The notes under the pieces are model-generated. The model was not told where the DNA came from and did no database searches. It saw nothing but the letters and a program-made list of their open reading frames with translations. Source: Patescibacteria group bacterium (GTDB taxonomy: Bacteria; Patescibacteriota; Patescibacteriia; PEXW01). Taken from it: a stretch of DNA of 36,610 bases. A program made the translations under genes and the position numbers. The stretch is taken from the NCBI GenBank assembly GCA_038065015.1, contig JBBTRU010000056.1, positions 1 through 36,610 of the forward strand, read 5' to 3'. Numbering within the stretch: position 1 is the stretch's first letter; each line of letters begins with the position of its first letter. This document shows positions 8,896 to 18,724 of the stretch, one piece after another.

Positions 8896-9300
8896 ATGGA
8901 CTTCAAACTAGACCATTTTGAATCTTACAATGATATACGAGGCAAACTTGTGGTTTTTCTTAAGGAATCAGAACTACAGACTGAACAAAAACATTTTGGC
9001 CAAATATACTTCATCACCTTCAGCAACTCAGGAATTGTCCGTGGCAATCACTACCATAAGAAGTGGCGTGAATGGTTTGGTATAGTCCAAGGTAGAATTG
9101 AAGCTGTCGTCGAAGATGTACGTACAAAAGAGCGACAGAGCTTCGTACTCGATGCTGCGAAAGATGGTTACGTACGTCTGCAAACTGGACCTTACATAGC
9201 GCACGCTTTTCGATGCATCTCTAATTCAGCTGCACTGTTGAATTACGCAAATGGAGAATGGGATCCAGAAGACAACATTCCGTACACAGTTATACAATAA
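8896..9300 (+). CDS. Cupin sugar isomerase/epimerase (FdtA/WxcM-like)
   Basis: DIRGKL, VRGNHYHK..EWF and IAHAF cupin motifs. Confidence 0.75.
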   Translation: MDFKLDHFESYNDIRGKLVVFLKESELQTEQKHFGQIYFITFSNSGIVRGNHYHKKWREWFGIVQGRIEAVVEDVRTKERQSFVLDAAKDGYVRLQTGPYIAHAFRCISNSAALLNYANGEWDPEDNIPYTVIQ

Positions 9301-9302
9301 GT

Positions 9303-10325
9303 ATGCGAAAGGCAATTACCATTCTCGTAACCTCAGTCGGTTCAACAACAGCACTCTCGGTAATAAAGTCATTACGTCAAGATAGCGATAGGAAATACCG
9401 AATTATTGGTACGGACATCAACCCATTACGGACCATACCCGGAAATGTATTTACCGACGTTACGTACAGAGTGCCAGAAGCTAAGCGAAGAAGCTACATA
9501 CCTGCGTTACGGAAAATTTGCATAAGGGAAGGTGTTCAATTCATTATCCCAATTGTAGATCTAGAGGTGGAACTACTCGCAAAGAACAGGAGTATACTCC
9601 AGGATGTTGGCGCGCGCGTATGCGCATCAGACTACGTTACGGTAAAATCATGCAACGATAAGTACGCTACCTACAGAGCACTACAAGCAAAGAATGTATC
9701 AAGTCCACCAGTAAACCTACAGAGCGAATTGTCAAAAGAATCTATTTATAGGTTACACTTTCCCCTCTTCATAAAACCTCGTCGAGGTTGTAGCAGTATT
9801 GATGCTTACCGAGTCGAAAGCTACAGCGTGCTACAGTCATATTTCACTCGACGGAATGACTTCATCGTTCAACCCTTCCTTAAGGGTAACCAATTTGTCA
9901 TTGACGTGTGCAATGATGCAAATGGGAAAAACATTGTATCAATACCAAGGAGGGAAATTGTTTCGAAATCTGGCATTGGGGTAAAAGCTGAAACATGCAA
10001 AGACAAAGCGCTACAATCTTTCGGGGTTCGAATTTCCGAAGCGTTGAACATTAAGGGGGTTGCCAATATTGAAGTGTTGAAGCGTGGCAATAAAATTTCC
10101 CTCATTGAAGTAAACCCACGTTTCTCAGCGGGCTCAATCATTTCAACTGCAGCTGGGGTAAATCTAGCAGCGCTTACGATAGGGGTTTTCAGTGGGTCAG
10201 CTATCACACATAATTCTAACCAATGGCTTGCGGGTGTGTACATGACTCGATACTGGCAAGAAGTATTCTACTATCGACATCGGCGTCTGAAACTCGCTCC
10301 ACTATATGAAAATCCAAAAATCTAG
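9303..10325 (+). CDS. ATP-grasp ligase (PylC/carbamoyl-phosphate-synthase-like)
   Basis: ILVTSVG N-terminal domain, CNDKY, FIKPRRGCSS, IVQPFLKG and LIEVNPRFS. ATG 9303 follows the cupin stop. Confidence 0.85.
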   Translation: MRKAITILVTSVGSTTALSVIKSLRQDSDRKYRIIGTDINPLRTIPGNVFTDVTYRVPEAKRRSYIPALRKICIREGVQFIIPIVDLEVELLAKNRSILQDVGARVCASDYVTVKSCNDKYATYRALQAKNVSSPPVNLQSELSKESIYRLHFPLFIKPRRGCSSIDAYRVESYSVLQSYFTRRNDFIVQPFLKGNQFVIDVCNDANGKNIVSIPRREIVSKSGIGVKAETCKDKALQSFGVRISEALNIKGVANIEVLKRGNKISLIEVNPRFSAGSIISTAAGVNLAALTIGVFSGSAITHNSNQWLAGVYMTRYWQEVFYYRHRRLKLAPLYENPKI

Positions 10326-11217
10326 AATCCTCGTTACTGGTGGTACGGGACTCGTTGGAAAGCCCTTCGTAGAAAGCGTAGTGGCATCAGGAGCGACCGT
10401 ATATTGCATTACGAGAAAGAGAGTGCAATCAAAGCACCCACGTCTGCACTACTTGCAGTGCGATTTACTTAGAGTTGCTGAGAAAGCAACGAAAATCATA
10501 CATATCGTGAAAAGAGTAAATGCGCTGGTGTACTTAGCAGCTAACATTCCTCCACTGACGCAACGAAAGGAAACACTTTTCGAGGCGAAACAAACGACTC
10601 TCGACCCATTCGTTACGACGCTTGAGCACCTTGGAACAATTACAGAATCAATTGTGCTTGCGAGTACAATTGACGTCCATGGTCCAAGAGTTCCACGGAG
10701 CTTCACAGAATTGCAGGCTATCGCTCCTGCGACACCATACGCAGTGGCGAAATACTGCTGCGAAGAGTACTTACGCTACTACTCACGTGTAACTGGAACT
10801 CCACATACGGTTGTACGTTTTTCACAAGTGTTTGGCGAAAATGAGCAACTCGTACGGGTAATACCATACATAGTCAACGCATTCGTACACAACCAACCTT
10901 TCCGTCTAATTGGTAGCGGTAAGGATGAACGACGATACCTCTTTGCAGAAGATGCTGCCACTGCGGTACGTCTTGCTTTGTTCCACCCAAAAAATGAGAC
11001 ATACCAAGTAGCCGGTAAGGAAGTATCAAGTATTAATAGAATCATTGCAACGTTAGAAAAAATTATCAGTAAAACCCTTACTGTCATTCGCACAGACACG
11101 TCACGTCCCCCACTACACATCGTTCCAAACACTAACAAAGTCAAACGTGCCCTCATGTTTTCGCCAAGGTATTCGCTTGAACAAGGTCTACGAAAGGTTA
11201 TGGAATCAATAACGTAG
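10306..11217 (+). CDS. NAD-dependent epimerase/dehydratase (extended SDR)
   Basis: TGGTGLVG Rossmann motif, YAVAK catalytic motif and RRYLFAED. Confidence 0.85.
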   Translation: MKIQKSRILVTGGTGLVGKPFVESVVASGATVYCITRKRVQSKHPRLHYLQCDLLRVAEKATKIIHIVKRVNALVYLAANIPPLTQRKETLFEAKQTTLDPFVTTLEHLGTITESIVLASTIDVHGPRVPRSFTELQAIAPATPYAVAKYCCEEYLRYYSRVTGTPHTVVRFSQVFGENEQLVRVIPYIVNAFVHNQPFRLIGSGKDERRYLFAEDAATAVRLALFHPKNETYQVAGKEVSSINRIIATLEKIISKTLTVIRTDTSRPPLHIVPNTNKVKRALMFSPRYSLEQGLRKVMESIT

Positions 11218-11218
11218 T

Positions 11219-12508
11219 ATGGCAAACTCACGATCGTACAAACGAAGTATACAAATGAAACGAAAGTACTCAAAGTACATTTTTGGGTCTTCGCCTTTTC
11301 GACGTCCTGTAATTGCATCAGCGAAAGGCAACTACTACATTGACTACGATGGAAACAAGTTCCTCGACCTTATGTCAGGACAATTTGCTACTGTACTTGG
11401 ACATGCTGACCCTATCTTCATTAAAGAAATACACAAGCAGCTCAAGAAAGTAGTCCACACGAGCACTCTCCACTTGTCTTTCGAAGTTCTAGAAGCTGCA
11501 AAAGCAGTAGCTTCCTTAACAAACGGAACACTTAAAAAAGTTCTACTTCTCTCTACGGGTGCTGAAGCTGTTGAATGCGCTATACGTAATGCGAAATTCT
11601 ATACAGGTAAAGATCATATTGTGAGCATTAGCGCTGGGTACCACGGTTTAACCCTTGCAACGCAAAGCCTCTCTAGCTCTGGGCAATACGCTATGCCGAA
11701 GGTACCAGGGAGTCTCTCTATACCTACACCAGACTGGATACATAGCGACACAAGTAAATCAGAGGCAAAGTATATTTCGGAATGCTTAAAAAAATCTGAA
11801 ATTTTACTCCGCAAGTACCGTGGAAAAATTGCAGCATTTATTTACGAACCTATCATTTCAGTAGGTGGAATGATTTACCCTCCAAGACAGTATTTCCTTG
11901 GACTAAAGAGACTCGCGAAAAAGCACGAGGCACTCCTCATTGCTGATGAATGTCAAACTGGCCTGGGTCGTACTGGCACATGGTTTGGGTTCCAGCGCAC
12001 TCACGTCGTACCAGATATTCTCGTTCTTGCGAAGAACGCTGGACTTGGTCTTCCGGTATCTGCGGTAATTTTCGATACAAAAATAGCTGCTACTGTTGAA
12101 AGTAAACTCATTCATTTCAGTAGTCATCAGAATGATCCGATAGCTGCCAAGGCACTATCCATTTTAATCCACGAGATTCGCCGTCGAAAACTCTTGCCGT
12201 ACATTCGATCAATTGGTAAGTATTTTGTTGATCGTTTAAAGAAGCTAGCAATAACTGAACCGTTACTCATTCTACCGCGTGGTAAAGGACTCATGCTAGG
12301 ATTCGATTTACCTGACTACCTATTTTCAAAAGGTAGGAATGCAGGTCAACAATTGATGCTAGCACTCGAAGATCGAGGCATAAACATTCAGTGTATACGA
12401 AAGGGTAAGACGTTTCGCATACTACCTGCGTACACGCTCAAACGTCATGAAATTGATTTCTTTATTGACGCGCTACGTACATCCTTACACGATTTACAAA
12501 CTAAATAA
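11219..12508 (+). CDS. Class III PLP aminotransferase, 2,2-dialkylglycine decarboxylase-like
   Basis: [53 protein letters not shown] and HQNDP motifs. Confidence 0.85.
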   Translation: MANSRSYKRSIQMKRKYSKYIFGSSPFRRPVIASAKGNYYIDYDGNKFLDLMSGQFATVLGHADPIFIKEIHKQLKKVVHTSTLHLSFEVLEAAKAVASLTNGTLKKVLLLSTGAEAVECAIRNAKFYTGKDHIVSISAGYHGLTLATQSLSSSGQYAMPKVPGSLSIPTPDWIHSDTSKSEAKYISECLKKSEILLRKYRGKIAAFIYEPIISVGGMIYPPRQYFLGLKRLAKKHEALLIADECQTGLGRTGTWFGFQRTHVVPDILVLAKNAGLGLPVSAVIFDTKIAATVESKLIHFSSHQNDPIAAKALSILIHEIRRRKLLPYIRSIGKYFVDRLKKLAITEPLLILPRGKGLMLGFDLPDYLFSKGRNAGQQLMLALEDRGINIQCIRKGKTFRILPAYTLKRHEIDFFIDALRTSLHDLQTK

Positions 12509-12516
12509 CCATCGCA

Positions 12517-13626
12517 ATGAAGATTCCATTTGTAGACCTTAAAAGAGAGTACCGTGAACGCCGAGCAGAACTAACATCGTCATTAGCGTCGGTTTTTAGC
12601 AAGAGCAACTACATCCTTGGTGAGAACGTAAAGAAGTTTGAACAGGAATTTAGCCGATACCTTCGTGTCCAAAATACTATTGCTGTAAGTTCGGGAACTG
12701 ACGCTCTCCATTTGGCGCTCCGTGCACTCCCGCTAAGACCAGGAGATGAAATCATTCTGCCAGCAAATACATTTATTGCAACTGCCCTTGCCGTTAACTG
12801 GGTCCAGTGCAAGCCAATTCTCGTTGATGTTGATGAGACCTACACCCTTGACCCGTTGCAGGTCGAGAGGCGCATCACCAAACGTACCAAAGCGATCATT
12901 GTTGTCCACTTGTATGGTTTCCCGACGAACATGGATGAAATTATGCGAATAGCAAAAAAACATAAACTTTATGTCATCGAGGATGCATGTCAAGCACATG
13001 GCGCACGATGGAAAAAGAAGTATGTTGGAACCTTCGGTGACCTTGCGTGCTTTAGCTTTTACCCAACAAAAAATCTCGGTGCCTATGGCGATGGAGGTGC
13101 AGTGACAACAAATAATCCAGCACTCGCACGCAAAGTGCACTTGCTAAGGAATTACGGTGAATCCCAAAAGTACCACTACAGCGTAAAGGGATACAACAAT
13201 CGACTCGACGAGGTGCAGGCTGCAATACTCCTAGTGAAATTGCGCCACTTAAGACAATGGACGGTTGAGCGAAAAAGAAATGCCCTCCTATACAGACGTT
13301 TGCTACGTAACATTCCTGGTATTACCCTACAAACATTGCGGGAGAATGCAGATTCCGTCTACCACCTTTTCGTAGTACGAACGACGAAGAGAAACTCATT
13401 GCAGAGATTCCTTGCATCTAGAGCAATCCAAACGCAAATCCACTATCCAGTTACGATAGCATCGCAAGTTGCATTTCGTGAACTCCGCGTACAGAAAAAC
13501 AAGACACCAATTGCCGAACGTGATGCCCGGCAGATTCTCTCATTACCTCTTTTCTATAGAATGACACCTGCGGAAATCCATTACGTTTGCAAGAACGTGC
13601 GTGTATTCTTTTCATTACAGAAGTAA
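12517..13626 (+). CDS. DegT/DnrJ/EryC1/StrS sugar aminotransferase (FdtB/QdtB-like)
   Basis: [33 protein letters not shown] (Lys intact) and [10 protein letters not shown]. Confidence 0.93.
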   Translation: MKIPFVDLKREYRERRAELTSSLASVFSKSNYILGENVKKFEQEFSRYLRVQNTIAVSSGTDALHLALRALPLRPGDEIILPANTFIATALAVNWVQCKPILVDVDETYTLDPLQVERRITKRTKAIIVVHLYGFPTNMDEIMRIAKKHKLYVIEDACQAHGARWKKKYVGTFGDLACFSFYPTKNLGAYGDGGAVTTNNPALARKVHLLRNYGESQKYHYSVKGYNNRLDEVQAAILLVKLRHLRQWTVERKRNALLYRRLLRNIPGITLQTLRENADSVYHLFVVRTTKRNSLQRFLASRAIQTQIHYPVTIASQVAFRELRVQKNKTPIAERDARQILSLPLFYRMTPAEIHYVCKNVRVFFSLQK

Positions 13627-13633
13627 GAAGAGT

Positions 13634-14563
13634 GTGAGTACCGGACCAAAAGTATCAATTGTTATTCCAGCTTACAATCATGAACAGTTTGTGCAGACTT
13701 GTATACAAAGCGTTATTATGCAAACCTACAAAAACTGGGAAGCAATTATCATCGACGATGGATCAACCGATCGTACCCCAGAAATAATCAATCGTTTCGC
13801 ACAACGCGATAGAAGAATACACTTCGTTCGGCAAAGAAATGCTGGTGTTGTGAAGACCGATAATCGAGGTCTAGAAATGAGCACTGGAAAGTATGTGAGT
13901 TTTCTCGCCTCAGACGACTTCTACACTCCGGAGAGACTAGAGAAGCTCGTTCCTGTACTAGAGAAGAACTCACAGCTTGGCTTTGTCTGTAGCGATGCTA
14001 CGTATGTTGATGATTTGGGAAATTCAACAGGGCTGGTCATGCAACCAGTTGCGAAGCAAAACTTCAACTTACCTAAAGCGCAACGGTTTAAGCAGCTCCT
14101 CAGAGGAAATTTCGTTATCGCACTTTCTGTACTGTTCCGTCGCAATTTCGCCCTCGCAGTAGGGTCCCTTGATGAAAGCATCCCAAACGTTGAGGATTGG
14201 GATTTATGGCTACGGCTCGCAGCGAAACACGAAATTTCATTCGTCGATTTACCACTCTGCTACTACCGTAGACATTCACAAAACAGCAGTAGGAATTTCC
14301 TAGCGATGTACGAAGGCCAACGACGTACTTTACTGAAAAACGTAAAAAGCCTATCGGTGATTGAACGCATAGTACTTACCATGCAAATTCTAGCCCGAAT
14401 CAATTATGAGCTCGGAAATAGTTATAAGCTCGTAAATGCAAAACCAAGAGCACGTCTAGCATACGCTCGAGCGTTCATGCTCCAACCATTGAATTCCGAT
14501 TTCCGTACAGCATTATTTTCCACCATCCGCAATTCCTCTCTAAAGAACGATGATGTTAAATAA
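13634..14563 (+). CDS. Glycosyltransferase family 2
   Basis: VSIVIPAYN, DDGSTD, FLASDD and EDWDLWLR; in-frame GTG at 13634 after the upstream stop. Confidence 0.9.
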   Translation: MSTGPKVSIVIPAYNHEQFVQTCIQSVIMQTYKNWEAIIIDDGSTDRTPEIINRFAQRDRRIHFVRQRNAGVVKTDNRGLEMSTGKYVSFLASDDFYTPERLEKLVPVLEKNSQLGFVCSDATYVDDLGNSTGLVMQPVAKQNFNLPKAQRFKQLLRGNFVIALSVLFRRNFALAVGSLDESIPNVEDWDLWLRLAAKHEISFVDLPLCYYRRHSQNSSRNFLAMYEGQRRTLLKNVKSLSVIERIVLTMQILARINYELGNSYKLVNAKPRARLAYARAFMLQPLNSDFRTALFSTIRNSSLKNDDVK

Positions 14564-15395
14564 AAACGAACGAAAAGTATTTCGTTCAATCGAGCCACTT
14601 CACGGATTTCCGAAACTTGACCTGCAAGAAGTTTGGCAATTTCGAGAACTCTTCTACATGCTCACTTGGCGAGACATTAAGGTGCGGTATAAGCAAACGG
14701 TTGTTGGAATTGTTTGGGTGCTGCTCCAACCGTTTCTCCTCATGCTCGTCTTCTCATTCTTCTTTGGCAAGCTATTGCATGTCTCATCCGATAATGCTCC
14801 GTACCCAATTTTCGTATACTCAGGGCTCTTACTATGGAACTACTTCTCCGTTGCACTAGGAAACGCTAGTAATGCGCTTGTAGAGAATGAAAACCTCATA
14901 AAGAAAATATACTTTCCTCGTCTCCTCCTACCCCTCTCAGCAACGATTACTCCAATTATTGACCTACTGGTAGCGTGCAGCATCCTTGGTCTCCTGCTTG
15001 TGTACTACCACTTTACTCCTCATCTATCAGCGATCATTGTAGTCCCTTTTGCAATGCTCATTTGTTTTATTTCTGCGGCTGGTCTTGGTTTGCTCCTTTC
15101 CGCAATTAATATACGTTTCCGTGATGTTCGCCACGCGCTTCCCTTTTTCATTCAGGTCCTCTTTTTCGTCACCCCTGTCCTCTATCCAGTATCCATTGTG
15201 AGCGCGAAGTACGCTTGGGTTTTCTCTATAAATCCAATTGCGAGTGCAATAAGTGCAATGCGTGCAAGCATTATCGGGAACGCACAGGTGAATTACCCAA
15301 GCTTAGTCGGTGCACTAGCAATTTCATTCGCTCTCTTTACCCTCGGGCTTATTGTATTCAAACGGTCGGAAGGGAAATTTTCTGATATTGCATAG
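14550..15395 (+). CDS. wzm: Polysaccharide ABC exporter permease
   Basis: RDIKVRYKQT..G..W..LQP, LIKKIYFPR, FRDV, TPVLYP and INP motifs; ~6 TM. Confidence 0.93.
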   Translation: MMLNKNERKVFRSIEPLHGFPKLDLQEVWQFRELFYMLTWRDIKVRYKQTVVGIVWVLLQPFLLMLVFSFFFGKLLHVSSDNAPYPIFVYSGLLLWNYFSVALGNASNALVENENLIKKIYFPRLLLPLSATITPIIDLLVACSILGLLLVYYHFTPHLSAIIVVPFAMLICFISAAGLGLLLSAINIRFRDVRHALPFFIQVLFFVTPVLYPVSIVSAKYAWVFSINPIASAISAMRASIIGNAQVNYPSLVGALAISFALFTLGLIVFKRSEGKFSDIA

Positions 15396-15397
15396 CT

Positions 15398-16651
15398 ATG
15401 GAAGAACCAATCATCAACATTACAAGTATATCCAAGAGGTACCAACTTGGTACGCGCGCATCGTACGATACGCTGCGAGATCGCATGGCGAGTACAGCTA
15501 CTCGACTTTTTCGCAGTAGTCCAAAGGAGCATGAAGAAGAATTTTGGGCACTAAAAGAAATTACGGCAAGCATTAAACCTGGTGAACGTGTTGGCATCAT
15601 CGGTAGGAATGGCGCGGGGAAGAGTACATTACTGAAAATCCTATCAAAGATTACCTACCCCACAAGTGGCTCTATAACGCTACGTGGTCGCGTTGCGAGT
15701 TTGCTTGAAGTAGGTACAGGCTTCCATCCTGAACTCACAGGACGGGAGAACGTTTTTCTCAACGGTGCAATTCTCGGCATGTCGCAACGTGAGATTCGTT
15801 CAAAATTTGATGAAATCATTGATTTCTCCGGTATTGCGAAGTTCGTAGATACACCTGTGAAGCGGTACTCGAGCGGGATGTACACTCGTCTCGCCTTCGC
15901 TGTAGCAGCATTCCTTGAGTCAGAAATTCTGATAGTAGATGAAGTGCTCGCAGTTGGTGATATGGAATTTCAGAAGAAATGCTTGCAACAAATGCGAACA
16001 GCGGCGAGCCAAGGACGAACGGTCCTCTTTGTGAGCCATAATATGGGAGCAATCAGTCAACTCTGCGAGAGAACCTTACTCCTGCAGAATGGAGCGCTCA
16101 TTGCGGACGGGAAAACTGCAGATGTCATTTCTACGTATTTCCAAACCAGTCACAGAACAGTAGTAAATGTAGACCTCACCGACAATTCCTTACGGCAAAA
16201 TTCACTGGAGAATAGCTTCGTAAAGTGGCAGCGCATCCGCATGAGCAATGATGCAAATCAAGAAACAGATCAATTTGGACTTGGGGAAACGATCCAATTT
16301 CTTGCTACGTTTCATGCGGTACAAGACGTCGAAGGTGTTTCTCTGGGGATGGCGGTAAACACGATGACCGGGCTTACCGTATGTTCCTCTACGCAACTTG
16401 AGTCTGGCAAATCGCAGAATTTTAAAACTGGCAGTCATGCAGTCCGGTTCTGCATCCAACCGAACCTCCTGGCACCTGGAACATACCTACTTGATATTTC
16501 AGCGAATGGACGAGGAATTACTGACTGGATTCCATCAGCTCTACAATTCACCATTACAGCCGCCTCAACACGAAATGGTAAGACGTGGCCAACGAACAAG
16601 TACGGATTTGCTGACCTTCCAATTTCTTGGGATCTTGACCCCAAGCTCTGA
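15398..16651 (+). CDS. wzt: Polysaccharide ABC exporter ATPase with C-terminal Wzt_C-like domain
   Basis: Walker A GRNGAGKST, YSSGM signature, ILIVDE Walker B, VSH; ~160-aa C-terminal extension containing LAPGTY. Confidence 0.94.
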   Translation: MEEPIINITSISKRYQLGTRASYDTLRDRMASTATRLFRSSPKEHEEEFWALKEITASIKPGERVGIIGRNGAGKSTLLKILSKITYPTSGSITLRGRVASLLEVGTGFHPELTGRENVFLNGAILGMSQREIRSKFDEIIDFSGIAKFVDTPVKRYSSGMYTRLAFAVAAFLESEILIVDEVLAVGDMEFQKKCLQQMRTAASQGRTVLFVSHNMGAISQLCERTLLLQNGALIADGKTADVISTYFQTSHRTVVNVDLTDNSLRQNSLENSFVKWQRIRMSNDANQETDQFGLGETIQFLATFHAVQDVEGVSLGMAVNTMTGLTVCSSTQLESGKSQNFKTGSHAVRFCIQPNLLAPGTYLLDISANGRGITDWIPSALQFTITAASTRNGKTWPTNKYGFADLPISWDLDPKL

Positions 16652-16653
16652 GC

Positions 16654-17856
16654 ATGCGCATTCTTCACGCAGTCGAAACGTACAATCCATTCACGAGTGG
16701 CATGCAGGAAGTGGTGCAACGCATCTCTGAATTGTTGGCTTCACGTGGTCACCAAGTGACCGTAGCGACAACAGCTATGCCCGAACGTCACTTCTCTACA
16801 TACAATGGTGTGGAAGTTGTGCAATTTGATATACATGGGAACTGTACACTCGGCTACCGTGGAAGTGCCGCGGCGAGAGATGAGTATCAGAAACTTCTAC
16901 TTTCAAAAAATTTCGACGTCATAACTGGATTTGCCGCCCAGCAATGGTCAGTTGACTTGATGTTGCCGATACTACAGCAGATCTCTGCTGCTACGGTGTT
17001 CGTACCGACTGGTTTTTCTGGACTGCAATGGCGGGCGTATAAGAAGTACTACCGTTCAATGCCAACGTGGCTAAGTGAATTTTCTGCAAATGTCGCTATT
17101 ACAAGGAGCTACCGAGACGCACAGTACATGCATGATCATGAGATAAAAAACGCATTCTACATCCCGAATGGTGCAAGTGTTAAGGAATTTGAAGAACCAG
17201 CTGATACTGACATTCGGAAAGCGCTTAATATCCCAAAGAATCATATACTCTTTCTGCACGTTGGTTCGCATACCGGTGTGAAAGGCCATGCGGAAATGAT
17301 TAAGGCTTTCCGAAAAGCGAAGCTCCCACCTGCAACTTTACTCATCGTTGGCACCGAACCTCCTAATGGTTGTGCATCGCGTTGCCGAAGAGCTACACAG
17401 AAGCATGGACTACTCACTTTTTCACGTTCGCAAAGCGAGCAGGAAATTCAGTTTGTTACACTACGACGAGAAGAAACGGTCGCTGCATTTCAAGCAGCAG
17501 ACATCTTCCTATTCCTCTCAAATATCGAGTGCTCCCCTATCGTCTTATTTGAGAGCATGGCCGCTCGGACGCCATTCATATGTACTGACGTCGGCAACAC
17601 GAAAGAAATTGCCAGTGAGGGTTCTGGTACAGGAATCATTGTGAAAACGCACATCAACCGAAAGGGCATGAGCTATGCGAATATTGCGTCGGCAATCGAC
17701 GCAATAGAACAGCTTGGAAACAATACGGTTCTTCGTGAAAAACTTGGATCTGAGGGTCATCGGGCATGGAAAGAAAAGCACACGTGGGGAAGTATTGCCG
17801 TTAAGTACGAAAATTTGTACACCCAACTTCTGCAACGCAAACAATCTTCACTATGA
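16654..17856 (+). CDS. Glycosyltransferase family 4
   Basis: GT-B layout; IPNG, KGH, ECSPIVLFESMA (EX7E) and TDVG. Confidence 0.88.
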   Translation: MRILHAVETYNPFTSGMQEVVQRISELLASRGHQVTVATTAMPERHFSTYNGVEVVQFDIHGNCTLGYRGSAAARDEYQKLLLSKNFDVITGFAAQQWSVDLMLPILQQISAATVFVPTGFSGLQWRAYKKYYRSMPTWLSEFSANVAITRSYRDAQYMHDHEIKNAFYIPNGASVKEFEEPADTDIRKALNIPKNHILFLHVGSHTGVKGHAEMIKAFRKAKLPPATLLIVGTEPPNGCASRCRRATQKHGLLTFSRSQSEQEIQFVTLRREETVAAFQAADIFLFLSNIECSPIVLFESMAARTPFICTDVGNTKEIASEGSGTGIIVKTHINRKGMSYANIASAIDAIEQLGNNTVLREKLGSEGHRAWKEKHTWGSIAVKYENLYTQLLQRKQSSL

Positions 17857-18716
17857 TCATTAGCCACATCATTGGCGGTTTAGGAAATCAAATGTTTCAG
17901 TACGCTATGGGTTACGCTCATGCGGCACGAATAAAAGCTGTTTACAAAATAAACAACAGTGCCTTCACGACCTACCCATTACACCACTACGCCTTGAACG
18001 ACCTCTCAATAACTGCGCCGATAGCTACAGAAGCAGAGAGTACTAGCATTCGAGGAACTCTCCGTACTTCGCTTGTTAGAAGAATCATTGGGAAGAAACC
18101 AACGTTCAATAAAAACTACATCAGAGAACGTGCATACACGTACGATGCATCGTACCGGAGTATGAGCGGCGATCTCTACTTTGAAGGCTACTGGCAATCA
18201 GAGAAGTACTTCCTTGATGCTGCGAGTTCAATACGCACTGAATTCACGGTACGACATGAACCTAACTCGCAGAACGCCACCACCTTGCAGTCAATTGCTG
18301 CATGTGAATCAGTGGCAGTACACGTCCGTCGTGGTGACTACGTGCAGAATAAGAAAACGCTCGCATTCCATGGTGTTTTACCAGTAGATTACTACCAACG
18401 CGCCGTCAGAGAGATCCAGAAATATATACAACATCCAACATACTACATTTTTTCAGACGATCCAGTTTGGGTAAGAGCGAACCTCCGTTTCGTTGCGCCA
18501 ACAGTATATGTTAACCACAACGGGCCGAAGAAAGATTACGAAGATCTACGACTCATGGCGTCCTGCAAACACCATATCATTGCCAATAGCACGTTCAGCT
18601 GGTGGGGCGCATGGTTAGCCGAGCACCCTGGGCAAAAGGTTATTGCGCCAATACAATGGTTTGCTAGCAATCAAGACACGCACGACCTCATCCCTGATCG
18701 CTGGATGCGCACGTAA
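17853..18716 (+). CDS. Glycosyltransferase family 11 (alpha-1,2-fucosyl/colitosyltransferase)
   Basis: GGLGNQMFQYA, GYWQSEKYF, HVRRGDY, FSDD and NSTFSWWGAWL motifs. Confidence 0.94.
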   Translation: MIISHIIGGLGNQMFQYAMGYAHAARIKAVYKINNSAFTTYPLHHYALNDLSITAPIATEAESTSIRGTLRTSLVRRIIGKKPTFNKNYIRERAYTYDASYRSMSGDLYFEGYWQSEKYFLDAASSIRTEFTVRHEPNSQNATTLQSIAACESVAVHVRRGDYVQNKKTLAFHGVLPVDYYQRAVREIQKYIQHPTYYIFSDDPVWVRANLRFVAPTVYVNHNGPKKDYEDLRLMASCKHHIIANSTFSWWGAWLAEHPGQKVIAPIQWFASNQDTHDLIPDRWMRT

Positions 18717-18724
18717 GGAAAACT

